Virus record (IMG/VR): IMGVR_UViG_3300017644_000005
Coordinates: 1-24,142 of that record
Length of the DNA: 24,142 bases
Source of the DNA: a virus
Taxonomy: Duplodnaviria > Caudoviricetes
Strand: one strand, 5' to 3'
How positions within the stretch are numbered: the first letter of the stretch is position 1; each line of letters begins with the position of its first letter. The notes beneath the pieces were generated by a model. It was not told the DNA's origin, made no database searches, and saw nothing but the letters and a program-made list of their open reading frames with translations. Made by a program: the position numbers and the translations under genes. Below are positions 1 to 6,996 of the stretch, in pieces.

Positions 1-94
1 CGTTTATCATTTTATCGAAAATAAAAACAACCTCGCGCCGATAGGTGCGAGACTGTGAGTTGGTATGCTATTTTGCGATGTATGCAAGGATGTT

Positions 95-163
95 TTTAAT
101 ATATTTCTTTAATATATTTCTTTAATATATTTCTTTAATATATTTCTTTAATACTTTCTTTAA
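95..163. repeat. AT-rich 13-bp tandem repeat (TTTAATATATTTC x4 plus degenerate copies), possible DNA-unwinding element
   Basis: Perfect copies at 95-107, 108-120, 121-133 and 134-146; 12-bp variant TTTAATACTTTC at 147-158; partial copy at 159-163. Confidence 0.95.
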
Positions 164-193
164 CCTCGGCGCTCTAATGAAGGAAAAAATGTA

Positions 194-408
194 ACTGTAC
201 CCGCTTTGGTATACACCACTGTACCCATTTTAGAGTACACCACTGTACCCGCTTTGGTGGACAGTTGCGAGGGGCAAAAGTAGCGTGTTTGAAACGCCGA
301 AAAGCCTTGATCTTATGCGGTTTTGGTGCTCAAACTGTACCCACTTTAGTGGACAGTTGAAAACTGTACGCATTTTAGAGGACAGTTACACCGCATTTAG
401 GGACAATT
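194..408. repeat. Iteron-like 24-25 bp repeats (ACTGTACCC-N-TTT-N-G(T/G)ACA), probable phage replication origin
   Basis: Copies at 194-217, 218-241, 242-266, 334-358 and 363-387, degenerate at 388-408. Each has internal dyad symmetry (AACTGT...ACAGTT). They abut the AT-rich 13-mers. Confidence 0.75.
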
Positions 409-502
409 GAAGCGCCGGTACAAAGCCCCGACGCACGGCTCCGGTTCAGGCTTTTTGTTGAGGGAAAACAGCACCGGAAACGCGAAACCCTCGCGTTAAT
501 AA

Positions 503-617
503 GCTGGCTGAGGGAGTCGAACCCTCTCGCGCACCATGCACGCCCCTGAACGGGACGCGGCGGGACTCGAACCCGCTCTCTCGTGTCTTATCCGCCACAC
601 CACTAGCGTAAGCCAGC
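503..617 (-). ncRNA. tRNA-like RNA with two T-arms and no anticodon arm
   Basis: 7-bp acceptor GCTGGCT/AGCCAGC; terminal T-arm GAGGG-TTCGACT-CCCTC (526-510); second internal T-arm GCGGG-TTCGAGT-CCCGC (576-560); no encoded CCA. Confidence 0.65.
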
Positions 618-626
618 ATGTTAGAA

Positions 627-745
627 GCGTGGGCTCGGATTTGCACCGAGCATAGCTCTCTTCACCCGCCAGCGGGAACCTACCGGTCGCAGTGCCCCTG
701 TACGTTGAGCCTTAGTCAAAGCGTCTACCTTTTCCGCCACCACGC
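627..745 (-). ncRNA. tRNA-like RNA with about 69 nt in place of the anticodon/variable arms
   Basis: Acceptor GCGTGG/CCACGC; TG then D-arm GCG-GAAAAGGTAGA-CGC; T-arm GCTCGG-TGCAAAT-CCGAGC; no canonical anticodon loop or CCA. Confidence 0.65.
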
Positions 746-902
746 ATGATATAAGATGCGGCCATTATTGACGCTGGCCGCTGGCGCTCCCGATCCGCAC
801 CTTAGCCGCTGGGATCACGGCGAGGAAGGTTGCAGCGTCTTCCCGGCCGTTTGCCCCGTGGGCCGAGTCGATGTCGTGCGCTGCATTGGGGAGGTGCGGC
901 GT

Positions 903-936
903 AAAAATGAGAAAAGCGCCCTCATCGGACGCTCTT
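903..936 (-). terminator. Terminator/attenuator-like hairpin just downstream of the leftward promoter
   Basis: Minus strand GAGCGTCC-GATGA-GGGCGCTT followed by TTCTCATTTTT. Confidence 0.5.
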
Positions 937-946
937 GCACAATACC

Positions 947-955
947 AATATATCA
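947..955 (-). promoter_or_regulatory. Extended -10 element of a probable late (ArpU-activated) promoter
   Basis: Minus strand TG-A-TATATT with no good -35, as expected of an activator-dependent promoter; it points toward the presumed packaging module. Confidence 0.5.
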
Positions 956-1026
956 CGGGTAAACGGTAGCGACTTCTACCGGCGCGCTAATCTATTTCTA
1001 TTATTCGTCCAGTTTTCAAAAAGTAT

Positions 1027-1056
1027 TTGTGTGCGCACTTTGGTTTTGGTTATAAT
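1027..1056 (+). promoter_or_regulatory. Sigma-A-like promoter of the integrase
   Basis: TTGTGT (1027-1032), 18-bp spacer, TATAAT (1051-1056); RBS GAGGTG upstream of ATG 1084/1090. Confidence 0.55.
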
Positions 1057-1083
1057 CAACTTACAAACTAAAGGCGAGGTGAG

Positions 1084-2727
1084 ATGCACATGCTCAAAAC
1101 TGACTACTTAATCAGTCTTGGAATCGAACACATCATCAACTATCTGCGGAAGTCTCGCGCCGACGAGGAACACGAGCGAAAAACCGGCGAGGACGTTTTG
1201 AAGTCCCAAAAAGAGCTCATGGACCGCGTCTTGGAACCGCTCGGCATCCCCTACGATCAACGGCCGGAAGTAGGTTCCGGCGATAAAATTTCGACGCGTC
1301 CCGTCTTCCAGGGCGTTATCAAGGATTTGGAGGCCGGAAAATTCCAGGCAATCGCCGTCAAGGAAATATCGCGGATGGGTCGCGGCAGCTACACCGATAT
1401 GGGCATCATCTACGACCTGATCGTCGAGCGGAGAATCTTTATAATCACCCCTTATCGGCTGTACGATCCGCGCAACGCCGCCGACTTGCGGATGATTCGC
1501 TTTGAGTTGTTCATGTCCCGCGAAGAGTTTGAAACAACGCGGGAACGCCTCTTTGGCGGGCGCGTAACGAACGCAATGGCCGGCCGCTGGGTCGCAGGCG
1601 CGGCTCCATTTGGATTTAACTACAACCCCGACACCAAGATGCTCGAGATCAACGAAGAAGAGGCTGCGGTCGTCCGCCAGATTTTTGACTTTTACGTGAA
1701 TGGCGTGCCGGACAAGAATGGAAAACTTCGCGATGTGAGTTTCCGGGCGTTGGCTACGTACATCATGCGCAAAACGCTGCTGCGAACGCCTCGCGGTTCT
1801 CGAAACTGGTCGCCAGTCGTCCTCAAGCGGTTGATCACGAGCGAGCGCTATATCGGCACTATGCAATTTCGCACGACCCAGCGAGTCGACGGCAAACAAG
1901 TCCCCCGCCCCGAAGATGAGCATATTGTTGTGCCGAATGCCATCCCCGCCATCGTCGACTTCGAGTTATTCATGCGGGCGCAAGAAAAAGTCGCAAGCTC
2001 CGCGCACAAGCCGCGCACCAAAATGGATTTCTCGCCCTGCGAGCTGGCCGGGCTCTGCATCTGCTTGAAGTGCGGGCGGCGCATGGTGCGTCAATCCAGT
2101 ACGCAGCACTACAAGGCTGTCGGCGGTGATGTGAGGATTTACGAAAAGGAATTCCTCTGGTGCACCACGCCGGGATGCACGTTCGTTAAATACCGCACCG
2201 TCGAGGAAAATCTGCTCGGCCTGCTGCAGCACTTCCGCGATCTGGACGAATTGCAGGTCGAACAGCAGATTGCGGCCGTTATCGAAGCGGACAAGCAGGA
2301 ACGACCGCGAGAGGACATGACCGAATACATCGAGCAGCGAACCAAAGAGCTTAAGAATCGGATGCGATTTATTTACGAGAAATACGAGACGGGCCGATAT
2401 ACGGACGATATGTTCGATGAGCGGAAAGCGGAGGTTGACAGGGAGTTAAAGGAACTCGAAGATATGCGCGCAGAGTCCGCCCAGGAGCCCGCAGAGAAGC
2501 GGGACGGCGTCATCGATACGTCCGTGGTCAAGAAGAATCTAACGGCTGTGCTGGACGCCTACAACGCCGCAGAGGACAAGACAGACCGCAACACGATCAT
2601 GCGCGCTGTATTCAGCCATGTGCACGTCGAACTCATTGAGCGCGGACGCGGGCGCATCCCTGCGAAATTCAACCTTTACCCCGAATTAAAAAAGGACTTG
2701 ACTCGTTCTGGTTTTTTGGTATTATGA
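1084..2727 (+). CDS. Large serine recombinase (phage integrase)
   Basis: Resolvase catalytic motif YLRKS and SRMGR motif; recombinase domain (APFGF...E..VVRQIF..Y); Zn ribbon CLKC...CTTPGC; coiled coil; 547 aa. The start may be ATG 1090. Confidence 0.95.
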   Translation: MHMLKTDYLISLGIEHIINYLRKSRADEEHERKTGEDVLKSQKELMDRVLEPLGIPYDQRPEVGSGDKISTRPVFQGVIKDLEAGKFQAIAVKEISRMGRGSYTDMGIIYDLIVERRIFIITPYRLYDPRNAADLRMIRFELFMSREEFETTRERLFGGRVTNAMAGRWVAGAAPFGFNYNPDTKMLEINEEEAAVVRQIFDFYVNGVPDKNGKLRDVSFRALATYIMRKTLLRTPRGSRNWSPVVLKRLITSERYIGTMQFRTTQRVDGKQVPRPEDEHIVVPNAIPAIVDFELFMRAQEKVASSAHKPRTKMDFSPCELAGLCICLKCGRRMVRQSSTQHYKAVGGDVRIYEKEFLWCTTPGCTFVKYRTVEENLLGLLQHFRDLDELQVEQQIAAVIEADKQERPREDMTEYIEQRTKELKNRMRFIYEKYETGRYTDDMFDERKAEVDRELKELEDMRAESAQEPAEKRDGVIDTSVVKKNLTAVLDAYNAAEDKTDRNTIMRAVFSHVHVELIERGRGRIPAKFNLYPELKKDLTRSGFLVL

Positions 2728-2768
2728 TGATACAACCTATTCGTTAGATGTTACATCATAATACTAAA
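2715..2768. other. Probable attP site (54-bp imperfect inverted repeat)
   Basis: TTTGGTATTATGATG (2715-2729) and CATCATAATACTAAA (2754-2768) are 14/15 complementary with a 24-bp spacer. The site overlaps the integrase stop and its size fits serine-integrase attP sites. Confidence 0.75.
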
Positions 2769-2801
2769 TTACGAAGCCCACGGGGCAGGGAGGTAATGGG
2801 G

Positions 2802-3095
2802 ATGGCAAAGAAAGTTTACGAAGCGGTACAGTTGCCCAGTTGCATCGAAAAGGATCGCATGGAGTGGTCCGGCGACGAATGGAACATCTGGATTGAACGC
2901 TTGGATAACGGCAAAGTCAGGCTGCGCGGAGAAGCGCTGGAATGGGAAGATGACGGGCGAGGCGACGGCGATTGGAAAGGTGTTCCGCTCACGAGGGATG
3001 AAATTCTGGACATTGCCGAAGTATCGAAGCTAATTATCCCCGGGAACGGTGACAGGCAGTTGTCAGAAGTGTTTAAGCGCAAAACGCTGGCATAG
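2802..3095 (+). CDS. Hypothetical protein (acidic, Trp-rich)
   Basis: RBS GGAGGT 7 nt before ATG 2802; in frame with ORF 2748..3095. Confidence 0.75.
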   Translation: MAKKVYEAVQLPSCIEKDRMEWSGDEWNIWIERLDNGKVRLRGEALEWEDDGRGDGDWKGVPLTRDEILDIAEVSKLIIPGNGDRQLSEVFKRKTLA

Positions 3096-3131
3096 ATCAT
3101 TCGGAGCCCTTCGGGGCTCCCCTATGGGAGG

Positions 3132-3428
3132 ATGGACAAGATGATTCGCGAATCGATCGAGGCGATAAGCGCATATGATAATCGCAAGGAGAAGGTTTTG
3201 GAGGTGGTTTCCGTGACCGATGATCAATACGAAAAACTGTGCGGCTTTCTCGGGCGGGTGAACTCGATTTTGTTCGATTTAGAAAATGAAGCGAAGGACA
3301 ATGGAGATGGCGAGTCTGCTCGATTCTACGATGATTTGTATGCAAAAATCAATTCCGTTTCCTGTCGGATTCACGAGAAGTTCGACCCCGTAGAATGGGA
3401 GAAAATCAGGCGCGGAAGCGCGAGGTAA
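3132..3428 (+). CDS. Hypothetical protein
   Basis: ORF with a GGAGG RBS (start 3132 or 3141); preceded by a UUCG hairpin at 3103-3120 and followed by a terminator. Confidence 0.75.
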   Translation: MDKMIRESIEAISAYDNRKEKVLEVVSVTDDQYEKLCGFLGRVNSILFDLENEAKDNGDGESARFYDDLYAKINSVSCRIHEKFDPVEWEKIRRGSAR

Positions 3429-3447
3429 TTGAATAAAGTGGTCCACA

Positions 3448-3488
3448 TAAAACAACAGCCGCCCTACTCCTGGGCGGCTTTCTTCTTG
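3448..3488. terminator. Bidirectional intrinsic terminator
   Basis: GCCGCCC-tactcct-GGGCGGC stem (3458-3478) with an A-rich left flank and T-rich right flank, between convergent genes. Confidence 0.7.
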
Positions 3489-3658
3489 GCCTGTCTCACG
3501 TGCACCTCGGCAAGCGTATGGTATAGTTCGCTTAAATCGTCCGGGTCCGGGTCATCCTCCGGCAGTATGATTCCGATCCTGCAGCCGTTCACTTCGATGT
3601 AGGCGGAAACTCTGGCCTTGATCGCGTCCGCCTTTGATTGCTCCTGCGCCGCTTCCAC
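3464..3658 (-). CDS. Small hypothetical protein (candidate recombination directionality factor)
   Basis: 64-aa ORF with GGGAGG RBS and GTG start; last gene of the early operon, facing attP. The function is positional inference only. Confidence 0.65.
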   Translation of the reverse strand: MEAAQEQSKADAIKARVSAYIEVNGCRIGIILPEDDPDPDDLSELYHTLAEVHVRQAKKKAAQE

Positions 3659-3677
3659 CGCTATCGCCTCCCCTGCT

Positions 3678-4181
3678 TCAATCTATTTCGCCCCGCTTGT
3701 CCGTTATGACGAGGTTGTTCAAATCAAGCAGCCGACTCTCGACCATCCGAAACGCCAGCTTGTAGAAGGCGCGCCAACGGATTTTCGCGTATGTGTCTTT
3801 GTTGATCGGCGGCTGGAATTTGAAGCTGTACACGTTCAAGTCCGTGATATACTGCGCGTCTTCGGACATGTAGCGCTCTTGGATTAGGAACCGCTCCATG
3901 CGCGGCAGCCGGTTCACAGCCCGCTCGATCCGCTCGCAATACTGGCGTCGCCTCTCCTGCTCGTCTACGTTGTGGATGGCGATGCTCGCCGTCTGGTCGC
4001 TCGTGACGTTTGTGCGCCCGCCCTCTCGGGCTTCGTATGACGCCGTGATCGTCGCCTCGCGCTCGTCGAACGTCAGATACTTGTATAGCCTGTAGCGCTC
4101 CAGCGCGGCCTCTACGGCCTTCTGCGTGGCTTTGCGGTCAAGCTCCGGCAGGAAGTCGCCGCCTAGTGCAAGTTGGTCCAT
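3678..4181 (-). CDS. arpU: ArpU/RinA-family late transcriptional activator
   Basis: Typical family pattern: 'TQKAVEAALERYR', 'ITASY...R...TN..SDQT...AI', 'IERAVNRLP..ERFLI.ERY', 'TY.KIRWRAFYKLA'. Confidence 0.88.
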   Translation of the reverse strand: MDQLALGGDFLPELDRKATQKAVEAALERYRLYKYLTFDEREATITASYEAREGGRTNVTSDQTASIAIHNVDEQERRRQYCERIERAVNRLPRMERFLIQERYMSEDAQYITDLNVYSFKFQPPINKDTYAKIRWRAFYKLAFRMVESRLLDLNNLVITDKRGEID

Positions 4182-4241
4182 GTGCTTCACCTCGCTTGGG
4201 AGGATACCCCGGCCAGCCTACAGCCGGGGCTTGTCTCACTT

Positions 4242-4844
4242 TCAGAACGGCAGCGCGTCATCGTCAGCATCAGCGGGCGCGGGTGCCTCTTCTGCACCCT
4301 CGTCCTTCTTCTTCCCGCGCTTGCTGCTGATCGGAGTGACCTTGTCGTCACCCTTGATCTTCTGCGATACCTCGTTGTAAGTGCCTGTGCCGGTCGTCGC
4401 CGTCTCTTCCTCGCTTGCTGCGCCTGCTTCCTCTAACGTGACTTGGTCCGGGTCCACGCTGACCGTTCCGTCCGGGTTGACATTGTATTCGAGCCCTTCG
4501 TGGTCCTCGCCCTCGTAATAATCGTCAATGCTCATCTGCGACGCTTGGAGGTTCAACGTGACGTTGCGGCCGGCGAGCGGGTAGAACTTAATCACCTTTT
4601 CCTCGCTGTCGCCCTTGATGTTAAACTTGAGCGCCGTCTTTTTGCTGTCACGCTGGAGGCTTGCGAATTCGGCCATGACCTCGCCCGCATCGCACCCTTC
4701 GATGTCCATGACCACAATGCCGCCCGCCAGTTCGACGAGCGTCTGCGCGTGTTGCAGCTCGTCGCCGTTCACCTGGAACACGAGAACTTCCTTCTTGTCG
4801 TCCTTCTGCATCTTCTTGAACAGTACATTGAGTGCGGTTTTCAT
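4242..4844 (-). CDS. Hypothetical phage protein with acidic SSB-like C-terminal tip
   Basis: AAGGAG RBS; internally duplicated motif (KKMQKDDKKEVLVFQVNG / ASLQRDSKKTALKFNIKG); ends DDDDALPF. Confidence 0.85.
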   Translation of the reverse strand: MKTALNVLFKKMQKDDKKEVLVFQVNGDELQHAQTLVELAGGIVVMDIEGCDAGEVMAEFASLQRDSKKTALKFNIKGDSEEKVIKFYPLAGRNVTLNLQASQMSIDDYYEGEDHEGLEYNVNPDGTVSVDPDQVTLEEAGAASEEETATTGTGTYNEVSQKIKGDDKVTPISSKRGKKKDEGAEEAPAPADADDDALPF

Positions 4845-5002
4845 TGTCCATTCGCTCCTTTGGATTTTGAATGCCCCTGTGGGCTTCTGTGCGCCGTGTA
4901 CAGGCGTTTGATTTGCTTGGTAGGGTTATACACTGGACCGACCTATGCGTGCCTGTATCGGGCTGATACGAGGTTGTAGCACTATGGGCGTAAAAATAGA
5001 CT

Positions 5003-5980
5003 CTATGACGGAAACTCATCCCACGTGCGGCCGTCGAGCATGCGGCCTGCGGCCTGTTTCCCTATACGGCAAAGCGCTGTATCGGGGTCGAAGTTGAACC
5101 ACTTCCGTCCTTTGATTCCTGGATCATTGCATCGCAGTTCATGAACCGGCGCCCACTCGCCCCACTGTTTGAAGAAGAACGGCACTCTTGCAGCCTGACA
5201 CTCGAACCTGAGTTGTCGAATCCAATCCGGATGAACCGGCCTCGCTCGCGGCCCGGATTCCCCGCCAACGATCACCCAATCGATATACTGCAAATAATGG
5301 CGATAACTTCCGTCTCGCGCGTCACGGCCTTGAAGGCTCACTTCCTCCAGTAGTGGCTCGCAGCTTAGGAACCGCACAGCCGCTGGCGTATCGATCAGTA
5401 GTGGAATGCGCTCGTCTGCCGCCTTCTGGTTCTCGACGCTGGTGCCGATCCAGACGTTCGGGAGGGGCCACGCTTTCGGATGCACCGGTATCGATGGATG
5501 GTTGCTCACTTTGCCCGGGCCATGAATCAGGCCAGCAGCCAGACTGCAATCCCCACGGCCGCCAAACTGTTCATACAGGTACATCGCCTCGTGCCCCAGA
5601 GTATCGTCGAGTTCTTCGCGCTGGAAATACTCCTTCATGCGCTCCGGCCGCTTGGTCAGAATTTGAAATGTATGATGCGGTGCCAAAGCCATAACCGCGA
5701 ATACCTTGTCAATGAAATCGAACGGTACATCCGGATGAAACAGGTCGCTCATGCTGTTGACGAATATTTTGCGCGGACGCTTCCAGCGGAGCGGCTGGTC
5801 CTGTTTATTCGGCCTAAACGTGATGTCGAACCCGTTTTCGAAGTAGTGCCCCGGCGTTCCGCGCCAGCGTTCGGCGAACTTCATCGCATAACAGTTGCGG
5901 CAACCCTCCGAAACCTTGGAGCAGCCGGTTACCGGGTTCCACGTGGCGTCGGACCATTCGATCTTAGTTTTGTCGCTCAT
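5003..5980 (-). CDS. DUF5131 / phage Gp37-Gp68 family protein
   Basis: 'TKIEW.DATWNPVTGC.KVSEGCRNCYA', 'IFVNSMSDLFH', 'FQILTKRP', 'RFLSCEPLL', 'WVIVGGESG', 'VPFFFKQWG'. Confidence 0.92.
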   Translation of the reverse strand: MSDKTKIEWSDATWNPVTGCSKVSEGCRNCYAMKFAERWRGTPGHYFENGFDITFRPNKQDQPLRWKRPRKIFVNSMSDLFHPDVPFDFIDKVFAVMALAPHHTFQILTKRPERMKEYFQREELDDTLGHEAMYLYEQFGGRGDCSLAAGLIHGPGKVSNHPSIPVHPKAWPLPNVWIGTSVENQKAADERIPLLIDTPAAVRFLSCEPLLEEVSLQGRDARDGSYRHYLQYIDWVIVGGESGPRARPVHPDWIRQLRFECQAARVPFFFKQWGEWAPVHELRCNDPGIKGRKWFNFDPDTALCRIGKQAAGRMLDGRTWDEFPS

Positions 5981-6402
5981 GCCCTTTCACCCTCTCTGCT
6001 ATTTATTTGCTCGATCACGCTCCGCACCAGTTCATTGTCTGAACGTGGATGGTAGCGCCGCTCCTGATTGATTCGGACGTTCTTCGCCACTTCGTCCCGA
6101 ATCTTGTGAAGGCGCGGCAACTGGTTCTGATGTTGCTTGAGAAATTCGTATAGCGGTTTGAGGATAAAATTCATATCCTTGGCTTCGCGCCGCCGCCTGC
6201 GGTTGTTCTGGATTTCCTTGGCGAGTTTGTACCCTTGAACGCCGCCGAAATTCAGCAGTTCGGCCACATGCGTCAAGTCGGAATGCTCGTAATCTCGGCG
6301 CTCGACTTCTTGATCATTCTGCTCGTATAGCTGCGGGATGACAGTAAAGATGCTGATCAGGCGCTCGACAACTTTCTCGGCATCGATCTTCTGCTCGATC
6401 AT
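5977..6402 (-). CDS. Hypothetical phage protein (helical)
   Basis: AAGGAGG RBS; ATGA overlap with the downstream gene. Confidence 0.85.
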   Translation of the reverse strand: MIEQKIDAEKVVERLISIFTVIPQLYEQNDQEVERRDYEHSDLTHVAELLNFGGVQGYKLAKEIQNNRRRRREAKDMNFILKPLYEFLKQHQNQLPRLHKIRDEVAKNVRINQERRYHPRSDNELVRSVIEQINSREGERA

Positions 6403-6438
6403 GGCGGCCCTCCTTTCGCTCTTTGCTCGTAAAGCGCA

Positions 6439-6945
6439 TTACTCTTCTCCGATGTAGTTGCCTTCTTCGTCGTAGTAATCAGGACGTTCATAAACATTAT
6501 CGAATACCCATTTGTTTGCCGCTGGTGTCCCTTTTTCTGGTAGGGAATAAACCAATGTTCCTATGCTGTCGATTTTCAAATGTCCGAAATTGTAGCCCGT
6601 ATCCTCATCGGCGTATTTAAAGTCAAACGAATAATCAGGAAACTTTTTCGCTAGCGCTTCGAAAATTGGCGTAGGAGCATTCCAAGCCGTTTCAAACTTA
6701 ACGCCTTGATCGTGGGCCGCTATCTCATAAGCGTTCCACTTCGTCCCCCAGTTTTTTACGCTCCAGTCGTACCATGGCGGCGAAATTCCCGGCGTTCCAA
6801 ATGACTGCTTAATTTCCTCTGGCATTGGAATCAGGGTGTTGAAGTCGAATTGTGTGTCTTCTGTTTTCACATAATCCAAGACTTCTTGAATCGTCCTGCC
6901 CTCTGGGGCAGTAATTGTGATGATGTTTGTAATATGGTTCGGCAT
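6439..6945 (-). CDS. DUF1281/YubB-like ferredoxin-fold protein
   Basis: 'MPNH..N', 'FDFN.LIPMP', 'WYDW...NWGTKWNA', 'FETAW.AP', 'YADED.G'; GAGGAGG RBS. Confidence 0.8.
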   Translation of the reverse strand: MPNHITNIITITAPEGRTIQEVLDYVKTEDTQFDFNTLIPMPEEIKQSFGTPGISPPWYDWSVKNWGTKWNAYEIAAHDQGVKFETAWNAPTPIFEALAKKFPDYSFDFKYADEDTGYNFGHLKIDSIGTLVYSLPEKGTPAANKWVFDNVYERPDYYDEEGNYIGEE

Positions 6946-6963
6946 TGTTTTCCTCCTCGTCTT

Positions 6964-6994
6964 TACTGCGCTTTTTGGATCGTACTTGCATTCG
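6964..6994. repeat. Intergenic 31-bp repeat, copy 1
   Basis: TACTGCGC-TTTT-TGGATCGTACTTGCATTCG; 27/31 identical to 7451-7481. Confidence 0.9.
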
Positions 6995-6996
6995 AA

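Noticed and set aside
194-408. CRISPR array
   Set aside because: The repeats are mostly directly adjacent with no unique spacers of regular length, and there are no cas genes; they fit iterons better.
503-745. Canonical tRNA genes or tmRNA
   Set aside because: No 5-bp stem/7-nt anticodon loop at the proper position, no CCA, and too short with no tag ORF for tmRNA.
446-962. ORFs 446..646, 756..962 and 765..956 as proteins
   Set aside because: No RBS or recognisable motifs, and they overlap strongly base-paired RNA-like elements.
1108-2345. Antisense ORFs within the integrase (and similar shadow ORFs across the window)
   Set aside because: Opposite-strand or alternative-frame shadows of well-supported genes in moderately GC-rich DNA.
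4845-5002. Riboswitch or ncRNA in the 158-bp gap
   Set aside because: Only short hairpins (e.g. GTATC...GATAC) and no motif I can recognise; insufficient support.
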